DNA of 62,821 nucleotides, filler included, from It is 4 parts of 4 records of this genome, joined end to end, with 100 filler letters (N's around TTAATTAATTAA, not from the genome) between each part and the next. Parts side by side here need not be neighbours in the genome. Positions count along the whole stretch, not along the records: positions 52,209 to 62,821 come from SRR2962707_1112; 3 more parts are not named here. One strand, 5' to 3'. Shown piece by piece: positions 52,345 to 62,821 of this stretch (position 1 is its first letter; each line of letters starts with the position of its first letter). The notes under the pieces were generated by a model. It saw only the letters and a program-made list of their open reading frames with translations, ran no database searches and was not told where the DNA came from. The position numbers and the translations under genes were made by a program.

Positions 52345-55300
52345 TCACACTGCCACGTCACATGCAAGCACAGATTCGCGTACTTCCAACAAATCTGCGT
52401 CAGAGGCAAACACGAAAGCGTCACATACAAAAGTGTCTGCTCCCCGTGAATGAGCCTGGGTTTCCGTGACAGAACTGGCGCCATTGGAAGCCCAAGCAAA
52501 AGCAAGGCCATCGCTCCTCCACCGTCGTCCCAGGGTCCGAAGCTCCGATGCAGACAAGGAACCGCCCGCAGCAGGGTTGCCTCGCTGCTGGGATGCCAAC
52601 GCAGGAAGTCCATCAGCAGCAAGATATCGTAGGGGACTGTCACTCGCTCGCGGTACCGTGTTCCCGTGCAAAGCATTCTTCAAGTGCGGCCCATGAACAG
52701 CACCATTTTCGGCATCAGGGGAAGGTGTGGCAGCGTCACTAAAAAGAGCTTCATTCGGGAAATCTATTAGCTCTCGCAGTCTCGAGCTGGTCATTTCCGC
52801 GTCACTGCGCGCCCGAAGCAATTGTAGAGCTGCAAACGACTGAAGCGATTCACCTGCGTTTAGCCAGGCATGCACGCTACCATCTGACTGCGGTGGGTCA
52901 GTGCTAGACCCACCAAACCGCCCTTCGTCGCAGGCGTCCATAGGCAGATTCTGTGGCGGTCGAACAGCCCACGGGGCATTTGGATTGTGCAACAGCAAGC
53001 GCAAACTCCATCCACGTCCTGTCCCATCTGAATTGAGCAGCTGCACGACAGCAAGCCACACCGGCGTTGCAAGTTTTGACAGTTTCTTCACCGGAAAAGC
53101 CTGCTCACTGCCATCTCCACCGAAGGCATCCGCAAGAGGGGTTTTATTGCTCACTCCCAATACTGCGACCGGATGCCGATGGCCTTGACTCCGTCCTTGG
53201 TTACCTCCGCTTCTAAAATCTTCTCGCTCTCCTGATGTGTGCGCCGCATCAGTCACGTTATTCCCAATGCGCGCCCGCAACTTAAGCCATATGGCTGACT
53301 GCAAGCACAGCAGACGCTCGCATTGGCCTGCTACAGCTCCAGCAGCAACCAGGCCGCGGGCGAGGCATTCGTCCGCCTCAACGAGCGGACCACCGTTCAA
53401 AGTGGGTGCCGGAAATACCAGTCGATCCACAAACTGGCGGCGATACGCCTGTAAACTTGCAGAGTCCTGAGCTCTCGAAGCTAACTCGTTGCAGAAGCGC
53501 TTGAGGCCCGTATTGTCAACAAATCGAATTGCCCACCAGTCACCGTGGGGAAGCACAGACGCAAGAAATGCACTGTTCGATGGGTCATCAACAGAGATGC
53601 GAACGTCGACCATGTCTTGGGCGGAGGGCGCATGACGTCCGTCACGTGTCGAGGTTCCCCGACGCACGCAGGTCGTGCATGTGTCTTTCCCTTCCGGCGT
53701 TTCACCGGGATCACGGTTTGTTGGACCTCCTTGACCTCGACTTGCAATTACGTAGAGAAAGGCAGTTTGCTCAAGCTGACGGGGCACAATCCGAATGACT
53801 CGATCAAGGTGAATGCCCTCAACATTCCGCTTGTAAATGCCCACACTGCTCGCTTCGCTCCCTTGCTCCATGTCTTGCTCATCTTCGGCATGCATATCAC
53901 TGGTGTGTCCACGCTCTGTTTGCACAACATACAGGTGCTGTTGAGTCAAAATTGCAACAAGAGAAGAAGCGGCACTTCCCGCACTATTAAGGCTTCCGAC
54001 GACATCTGCATCTTCGCTACTCGTAGAATGCGACCGCCGCACTGGCCCCGACGGGTCCAAGACTGCGCCCCCAGCCAATTGCTGAACAGCGAGGACAGAT
54101 GTTTCATAGAGCACCACATGACTAGATGCATCGAAATGGCTCACGTCGTGTGCGGTATTCGGCGAAGAGCCGTCTTTGGTACTGTCAGGTTGTCCAGGTG
54201 GCGAACGCCGCGGCTCCGGGATCAGGAGCGGGTGGAAAAATCGTGATTGAGCACACAATTGCCGCAGGAAACGTAGTTGGCGGCGAGTGTTGCTCATAAG
54301 TCGAGCATGTGCAAGGAGTGTGTTAAGCAAGTTTCGTCGATAAAACCCAACTGTATCGCCGCCTTCGAAATTGCTCATGCCCAAAAACAGGTGCTGTAAG
54401 AGCATGAACTGTGCCGCCGGAAATCGAGCCAATAGCATTTGGACCAATTCCGCAAATGCCACTTGGTGTTCCACAGCAGCGCGAACCGCTCCTTCAACAC
54501 GCCCACCGTCACTTGCAAATCGTTGCGAATGGCGGCCTGTGCCGCTGAGATTGTGATGCAACGAATTCAAAAATGTTGTGATGATGGCACGTAAAGTAGC
54601 CAGTGGGAGCAATTCTCCCAAAACTTGCTCACGCAGAGAAACACGGTGTGTGCTGCCCTCCAATTGCGCATCAAAGCCTGGCTTGGCTGCACGCGCCATC
54701 GGCTTGCGGCGGCTAACGTCCGCACCAGTTCCGGATTTTCGAGTTGTGCAGGCAAACAAAGTCCGCAACTTGCCCATGAATGATTTTGTGCGTGTTTGAC
54801 GCAACTTCGACGTCGCATTCGGGCTGGCATATGGCTTCGCTCCAGTTTTTGAAAGTGGCTTGGTTGCTGCAGATGTGTCGGCTTGAACCACATGTTGCTG
54901 TGAAGACATGGAAACGGTCGCAACCACAGTTCGAATTATGGATATGCACAAACAGGCGGCGCGTGTCGCCAGCAACCTCAGTGCTGAGGACATATGATTC
55001 TGCGTTTGCAAAAACCATTTGCACACATCGAATGAGCGTCGAACAGCGAGCGCAGCAAGTTGAGCAACCTCCAGTTTCTCATCAAGTCTTTCGCCGGCCA
55101 CGGCACTGCCCAAAACATTGTCGCCCAGCACGATGGAGCCGCAGAGTACCTATCACGCAACCCACAGCACAAAGTGGGCTTAATATTGGGGGCATGATTG
55201 AACCACTGAAAGCGGGGGGATAATCACGGACCTCGTCCAGCACGACCATGAGCTTGCAACCAACGTTCTCGTAAAGCCACAGACTGTTTGCGGAATGAGA

Positions 55301-58300
55301 ACTTCCAAAACAAGCAGCGACCAAGAGACGCAACACAGAGCGGGACCGAAGACGACGCACGCAGTCAAAGCGCATCGGCCCATGGCGCAACAATGCAAGA
55401 ACAATACGAAGAACGGATGACACCAAAACAGGGCGCATTGGATGCGTTGCTCCTTGGGCATGCGGAATCGAACTGGTTTGAGAAGCATCGGACGGATCAT
55501 CGAAGTGAGATGAGTTTTGCGAAGAACCAGGCCCGCATTGGTCGTTTCCCAATGCGCATATGATGTGTCGTGGTCGACGATCAACGCCGCTTTGAACCCA
55601 GCCAACAGCATCCTCGTCTTCGCTGTCCACCCCGGGCCCAGCCACGTCTCCCGCTCGCAAAGAACTACCTTCCCGTAGCGGATCCAAAACGCCAGCATTC
55701 AAGAATTGACGTACAAGCAATGCGCGACCAGAAACGTTTGTGCCAGCAACTGCGCTGCGGCGAGCGGCAGCATCGTCGCCAGCTTGCGGCATAGTGGCTG
55801 AGAAGACGGCGTTTCGTGAATGCAAGAACCGTTGCACAGCCGTCGGCAACGCGTGCGTGTTGTACGTCAAAATGGATACGTCAATTGGCGCGGTGAGAGC
55901 AGCGTCAACACCACTCGCGTCTCCGGCACCAGTAGCCTCAGTGGTTTTCAGGGTATCGTTGGTAGCGACTAGTCGCACAACCTGTTCAAGTCCCCCTGCC
56001 TGAACAAACATGAAGTGTTGATTCTCGCGCTCACTGCGTTGACGTCGAAAAATTGCTGCTAGACGCTCCGCTGAGGAGAGCGCCAAACAATGGTCCTCAT
56101 GAAGGCGAGTAGTTTCTCGATCAGGTGCCTCTGCGGGCGCTGCATTGGCGCGTGCAGGGCCCTTTTGAGTGAGCTGCGGCGCAAACCACCCGCCGCGGGA
56201 ACTATTTTGGTTGCTGTCGTTGCCAGATACATGGGTCCCCAGTCCTGCTGCATTGGCACGCGCGTAGCTCACGAGAAAGTTCTCACACAAAACGCCAACT
56301 CCAGCACCAAGGACAGGCCACCCACCCTGGCCACAACAACGTGGAGAAAACCAGTAAGCTGATAGAGTGGTTTCGGTTTCCATGTCGTTTTCTTGCCACG
56401 GCTCGATCCCGCGTGACTTCGGCACGAGTCCGAAAGGTGATTTTCCAATATTGTCGCTGTCGGCACGGAGCTGTGCCGTTGATGACGGAGAGAACACTGA
56501 AGCAACAGTGGGCACCGCGCATGCTGTCATAGCTTGCAGGTAGCCCTGCATACGATCCTGAAAGAACTGCCAGTTTTCCGCGTACAACTCGTAGCCCATC
56601 ACCGGCGCCAAACGGGCCGCTAATTCAAGCACCGGTGAAATTGTGGCCGAATGCCGACTCCGCGGCGGTGTTGTGCCAGCTGACTCCGCACTTCCACTGC
56701 ACGTTTGGCCGAATATGTCCAACAACGTCTGCACTCCAGCATCACATTGAACGCCCGTGAGCAGAGTGGCGATCTGTGTCAAGACGCGCGTCGCCACAAT
56801 CCAAGCTCCAGCACTCACAGATACGTGACCAGCTGACGAATGGAGCTGGTCCGAATGCATCAGGCAAACCAGCAGCGATGTTACATCGTTTCCAAGGTAA
56901 ACGGCTTCAAGCAGCGTTGGAACCTGTCCAGTTGTCACTGCTCTCGACGAAGAGGCAACGTTGGACCTGGCTGCTGCCGCCCATGGCGAACCTGAGATTG
57001 AGAACTCGATGTCCCTAAGTTTTGCCTAAGAAGCACGTCCAGCCCGAGCACAACGGCCCAGCCACAACAACAATACAAACATTCAGCTTCTTTTAGTTCC
57101 TTGTCAAAACACTACGACTGGCACATGTCCGCCCTTGCGTGAGCTTGAACACAAACCTCATGCACTGCTTCAGCAACTATGATTTGTCGAGCGGTTTGAC
57201 GAACGCGAGGGCGCTGCAATGCGGTGGTTCCAGCGCGCAGGGATTTCTCCGCGTTATCTGCCTCCTTTTGAAGGGCCATCATGCCTCCGGCATCGTTTTG
57301 AAGGCTATCCGCAATCAAGCCCGCTCCTCCAGTTTGCTTCGATCCTGAAGTTGAACCCACTGAGCGACGAACACGGTCCCGCGCCAACAGCTCGGCCGCA
57401 AGGCACTGCTGAGACATTTGCACACTCTGTTCCACGAAGGAAAAAGTGAGTAAAAAATCCGAGCATGTCTTGGCAAGGACGTTCCACTCGCTGTGGCCAA
57501 ATGGTGAACTCTTGCTGGCAACTTTAGCTTCACCCCCACTGCTATTTTGGGACCCAATGGGTGGGCCGTACCGCCCCGTTCCAGGTCGAGCGCTAGTGAC
57601 TGACTGCGGGTCCGGGCCATCAACCGTTACCGATGGACTGCCACGTACTCCCGAAACCGCCCAGCCCGACAAGCTGGCCAAAGAATTCGCCCTGAGCTGT
57701 TGGTACAATTGCGGCGGCAAGTTGAACCCAGAACGCAGAACGCTCAGAACACAGTTGATAACATCTGACGCAAGTTCCTGGTTGGTTGATACGACCAAAT
57801 GAGATGTTTTGCTCAGTTCCGCCTGCAGTGCTTGAGGGTCGACAACACGGGCTGTGACGCTAGCAATTGTGCCTGGGCCAGTCTCAGAGGCCGTAGCACG
57901 GGCCCCTTGCGCACGGTGCAACCCAGTGCCACTAGCAGTGCTCCCAATGCCTCGTCCAACCAGCCCTGACCTATGATTCGGCACCAGCAGGCGCGATTCG
58001 CCAAAAGTGCTACCCTTAACTCCCACACGTAAATACCTATCGACGTCCGCACCATGCATCGATGATGCTCGCGAAAATATACGAAAACCCACAGCTAACT
58101 CACTCGCAACTCTTTTGGAAGCAACAACCAAACGCACTGTTCGAAATCGACGCAGACCAAGCGTGTGAAAATGCGAATGCATGCGACAGCCACTTCGGCG
58201 TTGAGAGACGATGTGCGCTGTGACGAAATGTGCCGCAAAAATTGAGCAAGAGACAGAGCGAATTTTTCCGCTAGACTCGCAAGCGGAAAGGCGTGGAAAC

Positions 58301-61300
58301 ATCGGATGACGGCAAGCCGGACTGCCTGTGAAGGCGAGTACCTAGTTAGGACAACCGTCGGGCACAAAAAAAGAAACACTTCAAGTCAGAGCCAAATTCA
58401 GGGCCATGAAATTTCGGAAACTTTCCGTGATGAGCCCCGAAAACAAAACGTACAACAGTGATGGCAATTCATTATCTTCCATAAACTGCCGTAATAGACG
58501 ATTAAAATCGCGCATGTAATTGTCCGAAGCCCGAAAATCGGTTTGCTGCAGCAACCCACAAAAGAAGCCGACCAAAAATAATGCGCTCACAGTCATGCTG
58601 CTGACGGCGTTGTTGTGAAAAGCAGCCAACTGCCGTGTATCGGGCCCTGCGGAAATACCACCGATACTGCTGCCAATCCCATTCGAACCCAGACTGGCGT
58701 TACTGGACGCCGAATTCCCAGCTTTTGAACCAGTTCTACCAGTTGCGTGTCCGTTGCGGCCGCCGTCAGTGCTGTGGCCAGACGATCCTACATCAAACGC
58801 GCCTCCGCCCCGCGCAGGGCTACCGTCAGTGTGAGCTGAGCGGTCTAGATAATCTGTGCATGTCGCAATTTTTCTAAAAAGCGACGAGTCGCGAATATTG
58901 ATGAACTTGAGCAAATGCTCAATCAGATTCATATCACGACATATGGTCTGCACAGCATCGACTGCTTGTGAGAATGCTTCAAAACGGTTCTCGAATCCAG
59001 AAGCCAGTGTGAGCAAGCGCTCGAAGTCTTCAACCCTGTGGCTGGTGGTTTCTGCAGTCTCTGCGTCGTCCGGCACAGCGGACAGGCCGTTTCGTTTCAA
59101 CAGCCCAACCCCGATGCTGCCTGCAGTTTGCCCGATGCTGGTGAACCCGGGTTCATTGAACGATTGCGCGACATCAACAAGCTGCACATACATTCGAGCC
59201 CGAAGCTCGATGGTGCCACATAAAACGTGAACGCAGCGCCAGATGGCGGAGGCCACATCGGCGTGCATGGAAACAGAAATAGCGCCGACGGCCGAAGCCG
59301 AAGCACTGTCGTTCGCAGATGGCCCAAGGTGTTGGTCGGGACGCCCACGACCAGACGTACCAACCGCATCACCTTGATACTGCCCTAAGGGCTGGCATAG
59401 CTGCTCAAATATCTGAGACAGAATACCAGAGAAACTTTCGACGTGGCCGTTGTTCCGCCTGGGGCCTCTGCGACTGCCGGAGCCCGCGCCGCTCGAAGTC
59501 GAAGAAAATGTCAGGAATTGTGAAAGCAGTGCATCGGAGGAGCGGACAAACCTGTGACGCAAATATGTCTCAGTCAGCAACAAATCGAGCAAGGAAGCAA
59601 TGGTGGTTGCACCAACCCTTTGCGATGTGCCACAACGTACTGCTCCACAAAATCGGCCGCGACTGAGTGGGGGTTCTGCATGAAGACGGCAACAATGTCT
59701 GTGGATGGCACCTGATTCCACACAGATCCCTCCAACAGTGCAGCCAGACACTCAAGAGCCAAGGACAGCACAGTTATTGCTGCAGTCCCTGCGGAACGCC
59801 GGGGATCATTCCACAGACCCTCGCTGCCTGTTCCTCTGCGATCCAGCCTGCCTCGCGAGTTGGCCTGGTGGTGATCACCCTTGGTGGTATCGTCTGCCAT
59901 CGTCAATGAAACTTGCGCAGCGACAGCGCGAATCATCCACGATGTGATGGGCAAAAGCTGATCTTGAAGTAACCGGGCAATGGGAACTTTTCCAGCCAAG
60001 CCACTCTTTTGGGCATCAGTGTCAGTGCCGTGACTGGAGTGACCGCGACGTGACTCAGACAGCCGCCCAGCCGACCCCGCGGCGGGAGTTCGCCTGCCGT
60101 TGGCGTCTTGACGAAACTGCCGCAAACCATGCTTGTCCGCGGCTGACCCACCAACTGCCAGTGTCCACGTGCTGGCAATGATACACATACCAGAATCTAC
60201 TGCGCCTACTTGGTGCTGGGGTCTGCTAGTCTGCCCTGCCGCACTCGCAGCTGCATCACGAAGTGTTGGGCCGTAGTGATGCCCAGGGTGATCAAAGTGG
60301 CAAAGGTTCCGCAACAGCCGTAGTGTGGCAATTGCCATCGGATACCTGATGTCACAACACCCAGTGTAAGTGACATGATGGGTTAGAAATCAAAAGCGCA
60401 CACGCCCATTGCATTCAATAATCCCCGAGCGCATTCTCTCGGTAACTAGAAAACCTACGATGTCTGTGGGTTAGGCCCATCCACTAGTTTTCCAAGTTCT
60501 GCACTCAAACGGTTATAGATTGTGACAAAAATTGCCTCTCGTTGAAAGAACCCGAGCAGCTGCGCTCCCTCTTGATGGTCCGACACCGCTGCAAGAAACC
60601 CGGCTGTATCGTTTTGCGACTCAGCGTCTCCACTGCGTCTTACAAAAACTGCCACCTCGTCTTCAATCACACGCGTATGATGGCTAATGATAGAGTGTAG
60701 AAGTCCGGGGATGTTGCGAACCAGCGACGTCAGGCGACGTCGAAGTTCCACTTTTCGACCCGCAAGGTCTGGACTCGCATCCTGCCTGAAACTGCGGGAC
60801 ATTTCTGGCACCACCTTCGTCAAAATTGCAGTTTCTACAGCGGACATGAAACACGCGATGCCTGACCGATGCATGGCTACCAATTGCTGAGATGCTTTGG
60901 ATCCGAGATTCAATTGCCGCACCACCGACATGAACGCAAGGCAGTCGGCAATGTGTGGCACCAGCTTGACGTCGCGTTCCGTTAGCAACTTCAATTTCAT
61001 CAAGCACTCGTCAATCGCCTGGGGCGTCCATGAAAGTGAAGTTTGTTCTTTGCCATGCTCCCCAGATAGATGCCGTTGTTCTCCAGAGAATGCACCTGGT
61101 CGAACATGTGCTGCTTCACTTCGAGTCCTGTGTGTGTCGGTGCCACCGCCATTGGGCCCGTCGCCGTCAGCAGCGCCAAAAAAATCTACGGCATCACCCG
61201 GATGGTGAAATAAGTACCTACAATGTGCAAACAGGCAATCAGACGAGCACGCCCGGACATGCCTCTCATTGTGCAACTGCAAAAAAAAACATCTCAACTG

Positions 61301-62300
61301 ACTCCAGCGATTCCTTTAACTGTAAAACGCAGGTCGCTGCTGCCGTTGGAGAGTGCAGGCACTTGTCAAGCACGCGCAAGAAATCTGCTCGCATCAACGG
61401 CTGCCGAACGTAGAAAGTGTTGCGAATGGATTCCACGGAGTCCATGAGTGAGCCGTGGGCGAATGGGCCTCCCCGGCGTTGGGCTGTATCCGGAGCTTCA
61501 TAGGCCCCAGCGGCCACGGTGGCATCGGAGTACCGATACATACGCCGTGCTTTCTCGCGCATCGACCAAGACACAGCATGGCCACCGACACGATTCAAAC
61601 GTGACCCACATACGCTCACCAGATACAACTCGTAATCTGGAACGCGGGCAGCAAATTCATTTAGCGAGAAATCGACACTTTCCAGGGCAGAGAGTGTGCT
61701 CAAAACTCGTATTTCCTGCAGATACGCTGGAAGATCCCACTTGAAAACATTGTGACTTAGATCAAGTGCTTTAAGATGCAGCCCGTCCGAAAGTGCTTTA
61801 GTGAAATCGCCTGGTCCTCCCTCCGAGATGTAATTGTGTGACAACAGCAAGCGTTCAAGGTTGGGCATGGATGACAGCAACGGTATTTCAGTCAGCTGAT
61901 TGTGCCGAAGGTCCAGCACTAGAAGCGCGACCATCGTCCTGGGCCAAAAGTTCTGGTACATGTTCACAGCCGTTGGACAAAGAAATGACAGCAAGTTGCG
62001 GCGAGCGATGATCTGCTGTGCTTGTGTGAACATTGGCTCGCCAGTATCGGCAGTCACGCACAGTTGCAGCAGGGACGTCAAATCATTGTTGGAGACGTCA
62101 ATGTGGGTCACGCCGTTCCGGCGGAATCGGTCCAGCGCCTTCGCCCCGTACAGCTCGAGCCTGTTGAGCGTGCGGAGCTGGTAGCGGTCGTCGGAAAAGT
62201 CCAGCGACGACACCTTGTTCGAGTCCATGTTGTCGGCCAGAATGCCCATCTCGTTCATCAGAATGTCGTCCGACAAATACACGTACATTTGGTCCGGCAT
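52345..62300 (-). CDS. Eukaryotic 8-exon gene, ~3080 aa: N-terminal leucine-rich repeats, helical (ARM/HEAT-like) middle, PH-like C-terminal region
   Basis: Exons 62300-61303, 61217-60459, 60345-59641, 59551-58454, 58341-58138, 58036-57157, 57025-55232, 55149-52345 total 9243 nt = 3081 codons, and every GT-AG junction preserves frame. LRRs: IDVSNNDL, LDLRHNQL, LERLLLSHNYI, LKALDLSHN, VDFSLN plus cap NEFAARVPDYELYLV. ATG context aacATG. Non-LRR domain calls are tentative. Confidence 0.75.
55150..55231 (-). other. Spliceosomal intron 7 (82 nt, phase 0)
   Basis: GAG|GTCCGT...GATAG|GTAC joins VVLDE-VLCGS. Confidence 0.75.
57026..57156 (-). other. Spliceosomal intron 6 (131 nt, phase 0)
   Basis: GAG|GTTTGT...CTTAG|GCAA joins EAVHE-AKLRD; alternative boundaries are possible. 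Confidence 0.55.
58037..58137 (-). other. Spliceosomal intron 5 (101 nt, phase 2)
   Basis: CA|GTGCGT...GATAG|GTAT joins VDFEQ-YLRVG. Confidence 0.65.
58342..58453 (-). other. Spliceosomal intron 4 (112 nt, phase 2)
   Basis: TT|GTACGT...CTAACTAG|GTAC joins LPSLL-YSPSQ. Confidence 0.7.
59552..59640 (-). other. Spliceosomal intron 3 (89 nt, phase 2)
   Basis: CA|GTACGT...GCTGAC...CACAG|GTTT joins DFVEQ-FVRSS. Confidence 0.75.
60346..60458 (-). other. Spliceosomal intron 2 (113 nt, phase 2)
   Basis: TC|GTAGGT...CTAAC branch...ATCAG|GTAT joins NPQTS-YPMAI. Confidence 0.75.
61218..61302 (-). other. Spliceosomal intron 1 (85 nt, phase 2)
   Basis: GA|GTCAGT...TGTAG|GTAC joins LKESLE-YLFHH. Confidence 0.75.
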
Positions 62301-62821
62301 GTTGGGGTGCTGCGCGGGACGTTCGAAGGACTGGACCCGACACACACAGCAGGTCTATCGCCCAGCCTGCCTGCAGCCTCCTCGTCGTTTTCAAAGGCGG
62401 CGTGCTTCAGACTGCAAGACCAAGCGGCGACCGTGTGACGGTGGGGTGGCGAGGTGGCCACCCCACGATGCCAGCCTCGATGTTCTCACCTGGTTCTGGT
62501 CTCTCGCGTTCGTTTCAGTCCACGTGGGTCGAGATCGGTTCGCCGAAGGGTCGCCCGCCACGCGAAAACCCGCAAACTGAACAGGCAGAAATAGCGAGAG
62601 AACGCCCGACAAAGAAGAAATAAATAAAGGCAACACGGGTGAAACACCTGCACGAACGAGCAGTCACTGCGAAGAAGGAGAAGCAGACGGATGGGGTTTC
62701 CGAGGCAACGAAGCTACGAAGCGCATGTGGTTTTTCGTGTAAACGCGTGGATGTGTTTCAGGGATCAAGACTGCCTGGAGAATCAAGACTCGAAGACTCG
62801 TGTGAGCGTGAGCGCGAAAGA

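Noticed and set aside
52326-52383. Possible eighth intron (GAA|GTACGC...CCAG|GTC) changing the last residues of the LRR gene to ..DLLEVVDRVY
   Set aside because: Not needed to keep the frame, shorter (58 nt) than the other introns and without a clear pyrimidine tract; cannot be decided without transcripts.
62391-62821. Short ORFs and a pyrimidine tract upstream of the LRR gene
   Set aside because: No recognisable coding signal; likely promoter or 5'UTR (possibly a UTR intron), insufficient evidence.

Overview
This window is not one locus. It is four unrelated contigs joined by artificial 100-nt spacers (N44-TTAATTAATTAA-N44) at 19631-19730, 45578-45677 and 52109-52208. (1) 1-19630 is very GC-rich, probably protist DNA. 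It is filled by a single stop-free minus-strand reading frame (19628->3, 6542 codons, open at both ends), which the ORF track misses because it has no stop. It encodes the AAA4(part)-AAA5-AAA6 modules of a midasin/Rea1-type ring followed by a ~5200-aa non-canonical tail. The tail holds helical and coiled-coil regions, a compositionally atypical beta-rich domain and five tandem ASH/PapD-like Ig domains. Two Atg8-interacting-like motifs sit in an acidic loop of AAA4. This is the best candidate for an undescribed system. (2) 19731-45577 is a gammaproteobacterial chromosome segment (Alcanivorax-like by my recognition): dapF-DUF484-xerC-HAD, yqcC, elbB, DUF502, greB, hemB, a Fur-boxed TonB receptor, ppk1, AraC/GyrI, ppx, trxA, rho, ycaC/LysR, lpxO, ubiD, an SDR, a twin-arginine FAD oxidase + PLP enzyme pair resembling Pseudomonas sphC-sphD, a TPR protein and creD. 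(3) 45678-52108 is alphaproteobacterial (Hyphomicrobiales-like): histidine kinase, GST, cobT, cobS, aspartic protease, a frameshifted LysR, a methyltransferase and dusA. (4) 52209-62821 is eukaryotic and carries one 8-exon minus-strand gene (~3080 aa; N-terminal LRRs, helical middle, PH-like C-terminus) with unusually uniform intron boundaries. All calls come from manual reading and motif recognition; no database searches were run and taxonomic labels are inferences.
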